Positions 39,355 through 48,877 of a stretch of 64,000 bases of DNA are shown piece by piece (positions within the stretch are counted from its first letter, which is position 1; each line of letters begins with the position of its first letter). The DNA is from Candidatus Latescibacterota bacterium. Lineage in GTDB: Bacteria; Latescibacterota; UBA2968; GCA-2709665. The stretch covers positions 32,469-96,468 of the forward strand of contig CAXXJS010000053.1 of the NCBI GenBank assembly GCA_963662665.2, read 5' to 3'. A program made the position numbers and the translations under genes. Below the pieces are notes generated by a model. The model saw nothing but the letters and a program-made list of their open reading frames with translations. It searched no databases and was not told where the DNA came from.

Positions 39355-40128
39355 ATGAAGTTCGTGCTGCATCGGTTTGAAGGATCCATACTGTCGAGTC
39401 TGGCCGCCAAGCGAGAGCGGAGAAAGCGGTTTCATCTGCTCCTGGCGGACAAGCGAACGGGGATCCAGGTGGAAAAAAAGGACAAGGACCCGGAGGCGGA
39501 TCTTAAACAGCGATACAGGCGGGCGTTGGGCTATTCCATCGTAATCTCCGCTGCAATTCATGCCGGAATCGCCATCCTGTTTCCAACCCTTGACATCCAG
39601 GCCACACCATCCAAACCCGATCAGATCATTATTCAGATAGAGGATCTTCCGGAGACCCGGCAGTTATCCCGTCCGCCGCCGCCACCGCGTCCGGCCCTGC
39701 CGATCGAGACCGAAAGCGACGACGTGCCGGACGACGTGACCATTGAGACGACCGACCTCGAATTGGACGACGTGCCGGTAGACCTGCCGCCCCCGCCGCC
39801 GACGGGAGATAGTGAATCCGCGCCCTTCGAAGAAGAGGAAATTCTGGAAGTCTGGAAGGTAGAGCAGAAACCGAGGCTGGTGAGGAGGGCGATTCCGGTG
39901 TATCCGCAGTTCGCGCTGCGTGCCGGCCTGCAAGGATCGGTCATGTTGAAAGTGCTTCTTGGCAAGGACGGCAAGGCGGAGTCGATTCAGGTCTTGAAGG
40001 GCGAGCAGATCTTCCGGAAATCGGCCGAAGACGCGGTGCGCAAGTTCCTGTTCGAGCCGGCGCGCCAAAGCGATCGGCCCGTCAAGGTGTGGCTCGTGGT
40101 TCCGATTCACTTCAAGCTTGAGGAATAA
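39355..40128 (+). CDS. tonB: Energy transducer TonB
   Basis: TM anchor with SAAIH, Pro-rich linker, C-terminal PVYP..A...G.V...FEPARQ...PIHFKL; true start may be downstream. Confidence 0.88.
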   Translation: MKFVLHRFEGSILSSLAAKRERRKRFHLLLADKRTGIQVEKKDKDPEADLKQRYRRALGYSIVISAAIHAGIAILFPTLDIQATPSKPDQIIIQIEDLPETRQLSRPPPPPRPALPIETESDDVPDDVTIETTDLELDDVPVDLPPPPPTGDSESAPFEEEEILEVWKVEQKPRLVRRAIPVYPQFALRAGLQGSVMLKVLLGKDGKAESIQVLKGEQIFRKSAEDAVRKFLFEPARQSDRPVKVWLVVPIHFKLEE

Positions 40129-40283
40129 GAGCGGCGCGTCAGCCGATCCGAACACACGACGGGCTCAGGAAAAACCGGAGCCCGTCGTGTGTTCGAGGGT
40201 AGAGGTAAGACGTTAGACGGTAGACGACGTCCTTGCCCGATTGGTTTTTCCTTTTTATCTCCGGCACAAATTGAAACCGGACG
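40057..40283 (+). repeat. tonB 3' end + hairpin + repeat family A (copy 3); left copy of imperfect direct repeat
   Basis: Colinear with 41780-42030. Confidence 0.85.
40149..40195. terminator. 18-bp stem hairpin after tonB
   Basis: CGAACACACGACGGGCTC...GAGCCCGTCGTGTGTTCG. Confidence 0.65.
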
Positions 40284-40600
40284 CTGAAACGGGTTGCGAG
40301 GGAATAAACTCAATTATCAAGTATTTAATGCTCTGTTTATCGACGTTCTTGCCCCGCTACCACAAAGCAGGGGCAGATAGACGAAATCATGCTCCCCGTC
40401 ATACGGGCGAAATAGGGCACGAAGGCGTGATTTTTTGTCATTGCAATATGGCGGAAAATCCGTTACATTCGGTGATTGAGTGTGGCGTCCCGAGAATGAC
40501 TTCACCTTGCCATCCCTCTCTATTAAAACTCTTCTTTCCAGCAGGGACAACCGACAGCTTAATCAGAGATTCCTCAAGTTCACAATTGCAAACGTAACCC

Positions 40601-41737
40601 ATGGGGTCAGCCTTGTTTACCAAGATTCGCAGTCTGTTCGTTTTCTCGCTCGTCGCTGCCGTGAGCTGGGGCTGCGTTGCAGATGGTCTGCCCGAAAAGA
40701 TCGAGATCGGCGTCGCACTCCCGCTGACCGGCCCGCAGATTTTATACGGCGCGCCGGCGTGGGAAGGCTTCCAGTTCGCACTTGAAGAAATAAACGGTTC
40801 ATCGATACTCGGAGGCTCAAACATCGAGTTCATCAGGGAGGATTCCCGAGGCACGGTTGATGCCGCCACGAAAGCGTTCAATAAACTTATCAAAGAGGAC
40901 AGTGTGTCCGTCATCCTGGGTCCCGGTATTTCCACTGTGGCGAAGGAGGTATTTCCGATCGCTCAACAGAGCGAGGTTCTGACTTTAAGTTCGACATCGA
41001 CCGCCGTCGGCCTGAGCGCGATCGGCGACTATATCTTCCGCACGGGCCTCAACGTTGGCACGCTCGCTCCAGGCGCCGTCAAGGGTACGAAGGAGAAACT
41101 GAGGTATCGAAGAGTGGCGATTATGGTCGATTCGACCGACGTGTATTCCCTTAGCCTGGACGAGGAATTGCGCAACGCCCTGGCCGAGAACGAGGTCCAG
41201 ATTCTGACAAGGGAGACTTTTGCAACGGGCGACACCTCGTTTGCCGACCAGCTGAGCAGAATAATGGCTTTGAAGCCACATGCCGTGTTTGTCTCGTGTC
41301 TGGCGGCGGAGATGATTCAAGTTCTGGTCAACGCCCGTGAGGTTGGCATCACTTCAACGATTCCTATAATCATACCTGAACTGTCCCTGGCCGAAGTTAA
41401 GAAAGCGGGCGACGCCGCCGAAGGCGCGATTTCCGTATTGAGTTGGGCAAGCAACGCTTCCACACCTGGGAACCAGGCCTTCGTTGAAAATTACATCGCC
41501 AGGTACGGCTATGAACCGCATCCATGGGGCGCAATTTCTTACGTCTCGCTGCTTGTTCTCGCCAAAGCAATAGCGGAAACTGGATCGATGGACGCGAGTG
41601 CGATCAAACGCGCGATGAACAATACCCGGGAGGTCGATACGATTCTTGGGCGTTTCTCGTTCAATCCCGATGGCGACGCGGTTTACAATCCCATTGTGCT
41701 GAAGGTGCGGAACGGTGCCTTTGAAGTCTTCAAGTAA
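40601..41737 (+). CDS. Orphan ABC substrate-binding protein (branched-chain amino acid/LivJ-like)
   Basis: IEIGVALPLTG, EEIN, EDSRG, YIFR, LGRFSFNPDGD; possible lipoprotein signal; no permease nearby. Confidence 0.88.
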   Translation: MGSALFTKIRSLFVFSLVAAVSWGCVADGLPEKIEIGVALPLTGPQILYGAPAWEGFQFALEEINGSSILGGSNIEFIREDSRGTVDAATKAFNKLIKEDSVSVILGPGISTVAKEVFPIAQQSEVLTLSSTSTAVGLSAIGDYIFRTGLNVGTLAPGAVKGTKEKLRYRRVAIMVDSTDVYSLSLDEELRNALAENEVQILTRETFATGDTSFADQLSRIMALKPHAVFVSCLAAEMIQVLVNAREVGITSTIPIIIPELSLAEVKKAGDAAEGAISVLSWASNASTPGNQAFVENYIARYGYEPHPWGAISYVSLLVLAKAIAETGSMDASAIKRAMNNTREVDTILGRFSFNPDGDAVYNPIVLKVRNGAFEVFK

Positions 41738-41779
41738 GCCAATCTATGGCCCCTACTGAGATAGTGTAACGGGCGCGAT

Positions 41780-42060
41780 CCCGCCCGCCAGAGCGATCGG
41801 CCCGTCAAGGTCTGGCTCGTGATTCCCATACACTTCAAGGTGCAGGACTGAAGCGGCGCGCCTGTAGATCCGTGCAAACAACGGGCTCCGGAAAAACCGG
41901 AGCCCGTTGTTTGCACGTGGGTAGAGGTGAGACGGTAGAGGGAAGACCCGAAAGCGGAAGACGGTAGATGACGTCCTTGCCCGATTGGTTCTTCCTTGAT
42001 GCCTCCGGCACAAAATGAAACCGCACAGGGCAGGCGATCTCTCCCCTCTAACGTCTCCCC
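41780..42060 (+). pseudogene. Diverged copy of tonB 3' end + hairpin + repeat family A (copy 4)
   Basis: Encodes ARQSDRPVKVWLVIPIHFKVQD* versus ARQSDRPVKVWLVVPIHFKLEE* in tonB. Confidence 0.85.
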
Positions 42061-42159
42061 CGGAGGGGACGTGCAGGGTGGAAAGGTCCCTTCGGTATCT
42101 CCAACAGATATCGCCGGCCCGTATCGTTATCCGATGTGCGAAGTGTCATCATCTCCCGT

Positions 42160-43242
42160 CTACCGTCTCACGTCTAACCGTTTTTCCAGGAACGCATACG
42201 CCATTTCGCGGTGCGCATCTTCGAATCCGTGGCCATCTTCGTGCAGGACCTGGCGATAGTTATCTTCAACGCCATAAAGCGAAAAGACGCCGGAGACGGA
42301 TTCTGCCATGCACTCGAGAACCGGCCGCGTGAGATGGACTTCCTCCAGGCTGTACTGAAAGTCGTTGAGCGCAGTGATGTGCATAATGGCGCGGGGGGCG
42401 GCCAGCGCGAGGTATTCGTGGAGTTCGATCGGGAAAGGTTTACCGGCCTGACAGTACGGCCTCAGAAAGGGGCGCCCCACCCACCAGCCCGTGCGCGCAT
42501 GATTGAAGGGATTCTTGGAGAACCGCACGGGCCAGTCTCCGCAACTCGCGGCACCGGCCGAGATGCGCGGTTCGAGCGCCATCGCGTGAATCGTGATGCC
42601 GCCCCCCTGTGAATGGCCGATGGATCCGATGCGTTCCGCGTCCACCTCTTGTATGGTCTCGAGCAGGTCGACGGCCCGGCTCAGGTCCCACAGGTCTTTT
42701 CCGCGTACGGACCATTCGGGATTTTTTTTGTAGAAGGGCGCGGTGTCGAAGTCGCGCAGCCCCTCGTATTTGCGTTCGTTGGCGCTCAGAAGGTCGTATG
42801 ACAGGGTAATGAACCCGCGCCTGACCAGGTGAAGCGCGTAGGCGCGGTCCTGACCCTTTGCAGAGGGATCGTTACCGATGACCTGCTCTCGCCCGAAGGG
42901 TGTGGTTGGGTGGATGCACAGTACGGCCGGGGCCCTGCCGTTCAGTCTTTCGGGGATGAGCACGTCCGCGACAATGCGTTCATCCGGCCCGACGCTGTAG
43001 GCGATGCTTCGCTTGACGTGGTCTCCCCGACTCGTTTCCGAGACAACCTCCGCGTCGAGCGGACAGACCTCCGAGGGGCCTCGACCCAGGGTCTGGCGAA
43101 AAATCGTCCTGAGCGCCTCCGCCTTTGCCTCCCATTCTTCCACCGTCTCGATTGTTGCGATATGAGACGGCCCGCCACCCATCGTGAGGCCATCTCCACC
43201 CTTTCGAATTTCCAGCAGATCGTCGAACGAGATGTCGGTCAT
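42160..43242 (-). CDS. Alpha/beta hydrolase (dienelactone hydrolase/acetylxylan esterase-like)
   Basis: PAVLCIH, RIGSIGHSQGG (GxSxG), LAAPR, HGF. Confidence 0.85.
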   Translation of the reverse strand: MTDISFDDLLEIRKGGDGLTMGGGPSHIATIETVEEWEAKAEALRTIFRQTLGRGPSEVCPLDAEVVSETSRGDHVKRSIAYSVGPDERIVADVLIPERLNGRAPAVLCIHPTTPFGREQVIGNDPSAKGQDRAYALHLVRRGFITLSYDLLSANERKYEGLRDFDTAPFYKKNPEWSVRGKDLWDLSRAVDLLETIQEVDAERIGSIGHSQGGGITIHAMALEPRISAGAASCGDWPVRFSKNPFNHARTGWWVGRPFLRPYCQAGKPFPIELHEYLALAAPRAIMHITALNDFQYSLEEVHLTRPVLECMAESVSGVFSLYGVEDNYRQVLHEDGHGFEDAHREMAYAFLEKRLDVRR

Positions 43243-43569
43243 ATCTTGTCTCCGTTTTAGGGCGCTTTCGCGGCAATGAATCCTGCAACATGGATATACA
43301 GGATGAAAAGGATGAAAGGCACGCTCAGTGCGTCTGCCGGCGCATCGCTTTCTGCAATATCAACAAACTGTGCAGACAAAACAACTTGAACGCACGCAAG
43401 GCGGGGACGCGGTTCGCGAGAGGAGGATCTATCTACCAGGCCCCCTCGAACGAAGCTATCGGCGATCAGCCGTAAGCGGTCAGCTAAACACGAAAAGCAA
43501 AAGGCGAAAACCCAAATTCAAGATCCCCTTTTCCCCAGATTCCCTGCCTACGGCGTGTTCCTTAAAACC

Positions 43570-43695
43570 GGGAAGACGCAAGACGGGAGAGGGTAGAGAT
43601 TTCCTGCACTGTGAGGTTTCGTTTCGTGCCGGAGGCAAGAAGGAAAAAAATAGCGGGCAGGGATTTCTTCTACCGGCTTCCCTCTACCTTCTTGC
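43570..43695 (-). repeat. Repeat family A, copy 5 (inverted, more diverged)
   Basis: Reverse complement contains CCCTGCCCG...TTTTTCCTTCTTGCCTCCGGCACGAAACGAAACCTCAC. Confidence 0.7.
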
Positions 43696-43729
43696 CGCCT
43701 TTGGATTAATCGCCGCTGGGCCTGCATTA

Positions 43730-44450
43730 TGCATAGCGCGAAGTACGTCGTAGACCCACTGGATCCTCTGCCCTGTAAACTTCGAAAGTACACCCGTCCC
43801 AAGCGGTGTACGGTAAAGCGCGCTCTGCTCTGGAAGTACTCGCGAATGACCTCGCGTTAGAAAACCGAATGACATTCTGAGAGCGAGCTATCAGCCCGCA
43901 GCAAAGGGCGCAGACCTCTCTCCCCGGCCCCTCGTAGAACCCATCCCGCCTGCCTGGCGGCAGGCACCCTTTCCTGAAGGAAAGGGAAAAGCGGGTCACG
44001 AAATAGGATCCCGGTTCCCCCTTCCTTCGGGAAGGGGGTCAGGGGGTAGGTTTCGCCCCATCAGTGAATTTCACACGTGGCGACCGGGGGTATGGGGGGT
44101 TTTTCCACGCTAATCCGTCCACCATCGAAGTGCCGTTCGGACCTATAAGTGCCCAGGCCACAAGGGCCGATTTACACCTCAGAAGTGGTTCACGGAAAAA
44201 TGATTGGACTCTTTGAGTCTTACAGTAAGACTTCAACGCAAAATGCGTAGAAGTTTAGTCATGCTGCTTGCATACGTTAAGGCGTTGAAATCCCCCCACC
44301 GCATCAGCCGTCGCCGGCCCTTCGACAAGCTCAGGGATCGGCTCGGCTTCTGCGACTCCCCCTCAAGGGGGGAGTGATTGAACTCTCAAACGGGCTCGAC
44401 CAATAATTGCCACCTGTTTGGTTGCGGCTGAACACAGTGAAACCGCGTTA
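43730..44450. repeat. Cluster of mixed palindromic repeats and possible MITE remnants
   Basis: CCCTTTCCTGAAGGAAAGGG, CCCCTTCCTTCGGGAAGGGG, CCCTTCGACAAGCTCAGGG, CTCCCCCTCAAGGGGGAG; no credible CDS. Confidence 0.6.
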
Positions 44451-44460
44451 GGTATATATC

Positions 44461-44489
44461 TTGTCATTACGACTAAATTTATCTATAAT
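44461..44489 (+). promoter_or_regulatory. Sigma70-type promoter overlapped by inverted repeat TCTTGTCAT/ATGACAAGA
   Basis: TTGTCA-N17-TATAAT in an AT-rich patch upstream of the HTH gene. Confidence 0.65.
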
Positions 44490-44647
44490 ACGGAGTTAAT
44501 TACATAATATATGACAAGAAATACATACACTCAGTTTCGAAGTCCTGGCCTTGTAGTCGTTCCTTTTTCGCAACGCGTTTTTCCCCGGTTGTCGTAAATT
44601 CGAACGGCCTGCGGGGCAAACCGAAGCAGTCGTTGCAGGAGGTGTGT

Positions 44648-44983
44648 GTGATACAAATCAAACTCGAGGACATGATGTGGCGGCGGAGAATTCGCAGCAT
44701 CTCCCGCCTTGCGCGTCTCGCGGGGCTTTCGCGGCAGACGGTCGATGCACTTTATAACCGACCGCACCGGGTGAAGGGGTTCCGGCTGGAAACCCTGGAG
44801 GGACTCTGCCGGGCGCTGGACTGCCGGATCGAAGACCTGATCCAGTACGTGCCAGAGACCGATCGGGAGTTGCCGCGCCGGACTGAGGAAGCGGACGAGG
44901 AGGATGCCGATTCGGATCGGGTCGGCGCTGTCGGGGTTTGCACGACACCCGTGGATACACAATCTGTGCCTCCATCTCAATGA
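44648..44983 (+). CDS. Cro/C1-type (XRE) HTH regulator
   Basis: SISRLARLAGLSRQTVDALYN...LETLEGLCRALDCRIEDLIQY; CAGGAGG SD. Confidence 0.88.
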   Translation: MIQIKLEDMMWRRRIRSISRLARLAGLSRQTVDALYNRPHRVKGFRLETLEGLCRALDCRIEDLIQYVPETDRELPRRTEEADEEDADSDRVGAVGVCTTPVDTQSVPPSQ

Positions 44984-45060
44984 AACCATGGGGCAAGGGT
45001 CTTTGGATCGAAGCAGACGAAACACGGCGAACAGGATGGCGAACGGTAGGAGGTGAGGTT

Positions 45061-46617
45061 GTGCTACAGGTGCATGAATTGCGCGTTGCCTACGGGGCTG
45101 TTTCAGTGCTGGACCGAATAACATTCAGCTTGCAGGGGGGTGAGGCGGTAGCGGTCGTGGGCGCCAATGGATGCGGAAAGACCACGCTGTTGAAATGCAT
45201 TACCGGCGAGATCACGGATTGCGATGGAAACGTGGCAATGGACAGATCGGTCGCGCTCGCTTTTGTGCCTCAGGAGAGCCCGGTGGATTTCGAAGGGTCG
45301 GCGCTGGAACGCGCACTGTCCTTCGATGCCGGATTGGCTCGGTTTTACGCGGGCATTCAGGCGGGGCGGCACGAGTTCTATCAGGACTACTATGAGTCGG
45401 GCGGGTTCGAGCGCGAGGACCGGATTCGAGCCTATGCCCGGAATTTCGGCGTGGGGTTGGAAACGCCGTACAGGACTATGTCTCGCGGGCAGCAGCGGAA
45501 GGTGGACCTCGCGGGGGCGTTGGCCCTGGACGCGGACCTCTTGCTGTTCGACGAACCCCTGAATTACCTGGATATCCGGGGTATTACGGCGTTCGAGGAA
45601 GCCATCGGCCTTGCAAAACGCCGCGGAAGTGCCATTTTGATGGTGAGTCACGACCGAGAACTGATCGACAACGTCGCGGATCGGACAATTTACCTGGAGC
45701 GGGGAAGCATGTTCTCGGTCCAGGGCGGCTATTCCACCGCGCTGGAGCACAAGGAGCGGGACTTTCAGGGCAGAATGGACAGAGCGAGGACGCTGAGAAG
45801 GAAAATTTCCGGGCTGCAGGAGGCCATGCGGCGGCGGATGTCGTGGGGGGCGAGCCGGGAGAACGAGACGAGGGATTCGTCAAGCCGTCGTCTGGCCGCC
45901 AAAGTAATGAAGGGCGCGAAGGCGATGGAGCGGCGCCTTGAACGGCACACGGCCGCCCTTGAAGAGGAGAATCCCTGGATCGAAAAGAGAATCCGGTTGA
46001 ATTTCCCGCCCTACGACGTGGATCGGCGGCTGGTGGGCCGGCTGGAGTCGGCTGGCAAACAGTTCGGTGGCGAGCCGGTTCTGGATGCGCTGGACCTGGT
46101 TGTGGAGACCAAAGACCGGATCGCAATCATGGGCCCGAACGGTGCCGGGAAGACAACACTCCTGAACGTGATGACACGGAAACTGCCACCGGATTCGGGT
46201 GCGGTCTACTTCAACTCGAGGGTTAGGGTGGGGTATGTAACACAGGGCCTGGACGGGTTTTACGACCAGCAAGTCTTCCTGGACAATTTCCGCGACGTCG
46301 ATTACGAGGAAAGCGAGGTCCGGCAGTTCCTGGGCGCGGCCAAACTGCGCGCGGACAAGGTGGTCCGGCCGGTCCATACGCTGAGTTACGGTGAGCGGAT
46401 GCGCGGCGCCATCGTGAAAATGATCCTGAAGCAGATGGAATTCCTGGTGCTGGACGAGCCCACGACGCACCTGGATATCGAATCCGTGGAGGTGTTGGAA
46501 AGGCTTCTCGAGAGTTTTTCCGGCGGCTTTGCGATCGTCAGCCACGACCGGCGGTTGATTACTAACGTGGCGGATGAAGTCTATATATTAGAGGAAGGTC
46601 GGCTGAAGAGGTTGTAG
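45061..46617 (+). CDS. ABC-F family ATPase, possible ribosome-protection (ARE) type
   Basis: Two NBDs (GANGCGKT/DEPLNYLD; GPNGAGKT/DEPTTHLD), no TM segments, long helical linker; alternative start 44980. Confidence 0.85.
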   Translation: MLQVHELRVAYGAVSVLDRITFSLQGGEAVAVVGANGCGKTTLLKCITGEITDCDGNVAMDRSVALAFVPQESPVDFEGSALERALSFDAGLARFYAGIQAGRHEFYQDYYESGGFEREDRIRAYARNFGVGLETPYRTMSRGQQRKVDLAGALALDADLLLFDEPLNYLDIRGITAFEEAIGLAKRRGSAILMVSHDRELIDNVADRTIYLERGSMFSVQGGYSTALEHKERDFQGRMDRARTLRRKISGLQEAMRRRMSWGASRENETRDSSSRRLAAKVMKGAKAMERRLERHTAALEEENPWIEKRIRLNFPPYDVDRRLVGRLESAGKQFGGEPVLDALDLVVETKDRIAIMGPNGAGKTTLLNVMTRKLPPDSGAVYFNSRVRVGYVTQGLDGFYDQQVFLDNFRDVDYEESEVRQFLGAAKLRADKVVRPVHTLSYGERMRGAIVKMILKQMEFLVLDEPTTHLDIESVEVLERLLESFSGGFAIVSHDRRLITNVADEVYILEEGRLKRL

Positions 46618-46684
46618 CGGTGGAAACCCTTCTGATACAGGCGAATTTACACGAACCACGATCGCATATCCAATAGGGGACGCA

Positions 46685-47701
46685 GTGAAAGTCATCTATT
46701 CGCCTACCCACAGTCGTCATGCGCCGCCCGTTCAGTTTATCGGCGGCGGGCTGAAGCCGTATCCGGAGGTCCCCGCGCGTGTGGAGGCGATTCTGCGCGA
46801 GATTGAAGGGACGCATGATGTGCTGCCGCCGCGGACGTTCTCAATGGACGCCATCCGGGCCGTGCACGACTCGGGATATCTGCGCTTCCTCAAGCGCGTT
46901 CACGCGGCGTGGGTCGAGCGCGGAGGAGGAGGCGAAACCGGACTGATCCCGGACACGTTCGCGGCGCGCGTGTCATCCCGCAAGCCGCGCGACGTGGTAC
47001 ATCAGGCGGGTTACTACGGCTTCGAGACGCAGACGCCGATACTTGAACATACCTTCGCGGCGGCGCGCGACACCACGTTCTGCGCGCTTACGGGCGCTTC
47101 GATGCTGCTTGAGGGTGAGCCGTCGGTCTACGCGCTCAGCCGTCCCCCGGGCCATCACGCCACGCGCGATCTCTACGGCGGCTATTGCTACCTGAACCAC
47201 GCCGCGGTTGCCGCGAGTTATCTCAGCGACGGTGGACGGGTGGCCGTGCTGGACGTGGACTATCATCACGGGAACGGGACCCAGTCGATCTTCTATGGGT
47301 CGGACGCGGTTCTGTTCGTTTCTATTCATGCAGACCCGGACTTCGAGTATCCGTGGTTCAGTGGTTCTGAGGATGAGACGGGCGCCGGCGCCGGTCGCGG
47401 GTTGAACGTGAATCTGCCGCTTGCCATCGGAACGGACGAAACGCGGTACCTGGAGACGCTGGACCGGGCGTTGAACGAAGTGGACCGGTTCGCGCCCGCC
47501 TTTCTGGTGGTTTCACTGGGCGTGGATATCTGCCGCAAAGACCCGCTGGGCAAGTTCGCCCTGCCGGTTTCCGCGTTCGAGACAATCGGACGGCGACTGG
47601 CCCTGATGGACGTTCCGACACTGCTGGTGCAGGAAGGCGGATACCACCTGGACAGCATTGGCGCGTGTGTGCAGAATGTGCTTGATGCATTTGGGCGTTA
47701 G
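46685..47701 (+). CDS. Histone deacetylase family / acetylpolyamine amidohydrolase
   Basis: RPPGHHA, GGYCYLN, DVDYHHGNGTQ, QEGGY. Confidence 0.92.
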   Translation: MKVIYSPTHSRHAPPVQFIGGGLKPYPEVPARVEAILREIEGTHDVLPPRTFSMDAIRAVHDSGYLRFLKRVHAAWVERGGGGETGLIPDTFAARVSSRKPRDVVHQAGYYGFETQTPILEHTFAAARDTTFCALTGASMLLEGEPSVYALSRPPGHHATRDLYGGYCYLNHAAVAASYLSDGGRVAVLDVDYHHGNGTQSIFYGSDAVLFVSIHADPDFEYPWFSGSEDETGAGAGRGLNVNLPLAIGTDETRYLETLDRALNEVDRFAPAFLVVSLGVDICRKDPLGKFALPVSAFETIGRRLALMDVPTLLVQEGGYHLDSIGACVQNVLDAFGR

Positions 47702-47794
47702 GCGTTAATTGTCCGTCCGGACGTCCCGAACGAAAGCACATAATTCAGGCGCCATAGCGACGCCAGTGTCCGCTATTGCCAGCGAAAGGCGGCA

Positions 47795-48544
47795 GTGATG
47801 ATTCTCGCTGAAATGACGTCCCCCGAAATCGACGCCCTGCCGCGGGATATTGTGGTACTGATGCCCGTGGCGTCCTGTGAACAGCACAGCCTGCATCTGC
47901 CGGTGTTTACCGACAGTCTGATCGGGGGCGAGGTGGCCAGGCGGGTGCACGAACGCTGTCCGGACGACGTGCTGGTGCTGCCGGTGCAGTGGTTGGGGTA
48001 CTCGCAGCATCACATTCGATTTCCCGGTACGGTGAGCGCCGTGTCCGAGACCCACCTGCTCCTGATGATGGACATTGTGGCGTCAATGGTGGGGCACGGG
48101 TTCCGGAAGATTCTGATTCAGAACAGCCACGGCGGCAATGGCGCGAATGTCTCCGTACTGCTGCAGCGGCTGATGGAACGGTACCCCAATGGCAACGTGG
48201 AGTTCTACTCGCGCTGGGGGTGGGCATCGGGCGATACGCTAGACGAGATACGCAAACTCGGTTCCGGCGGGTCCGGCCATGCCGGCGAGTCGGAAACGTC
48301 GATGATCCTGGCGATCCGACCTGAGCTCGTGCGAACGGACAGGCTGGACGCGGATGGCGAGCGGGACGGCATGCGGGTGCCCGGCGTGGCGTCCTATTAT
48401 CGATTCGATCAGCGCACGCGGCACGGGGGCGTGGGCGACCCCACGGTCGCAAGCGCGGAGGACGGGGAACGTATGCTGGACGCTTCCGCCGATGAGGTCG
48501 CCTCGCACGTACGGCAGATCCGGGCACTCAAGCCGTTCGGTTAG
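47795..48544 (+). CDS. Creatininase family amidohydrolase
   Basis: EQHSLHLPVFTD, HIRFPGT, NSHGGN, HAGESETS. Confidence 0.9.
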   Translation: MMILAEMTSPEIDALPRDIVVLMPVASCEQHSLHLPVFTDSLIGGEVARRVHERCPDDVLVLPVQWLGYSQHHIRFPGTVSAVSETHLLLMMDIVASMVGHGFRKILIQNSHGGNGANVSVLLQRLMERYPNGNVEFYSRWGWASGDTLDEIRKLGSGGSGHAGESETSMILAIRPELVRTDRLDADGERDGMRVPGVASYYRFDQRTRHGGVGDPTVASAEDGERMLDASADEVASHVRQIRALKPFG

Positions 48545-48735
48545 CCCCAATTAAAAAAAAGCAACTCGGCAACGCGACGAAAACCCCTGAAGCGGGGCGT
48601 AACGGTCGTCAAAAAGGATATTCTTTCAGTTCACGTCCAGTGACCTGGTGTATCCTGGTAATCAGCCGTTAAATCACCTTTATCCACTTGCATATTTTCG
48701 GTTTTACTTCCCCGAAGAATTTCGAATCAAGGTTA
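48542..48735 (+). mobile_element. ~194-bp MITE-like repeat B, copy 1
   Basis: Near-identical to 53266-53460; imperfect terminal inverted repeats; TA at both ends. Confidence 0.65.
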
Positions 48736-48877
48736 GAATCGGATCCGGCGACCAGGCATCGGGTTCGGCCGGCGATGACGATATCGCCGGATGACGTGGG
48801 GGCCGGCCGCGCAATCCAGTGGTAGACGTCCTGGAACATTGTGAATTCAGCAGGTTGAAAAAACCGGAGGAGTCGGC

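Noticed and set aside
47795-48544. Mycofactocin or other RiPP cluster (MftE-like)
   Set aside because: No precursor peptide or radical SAM gene nearby
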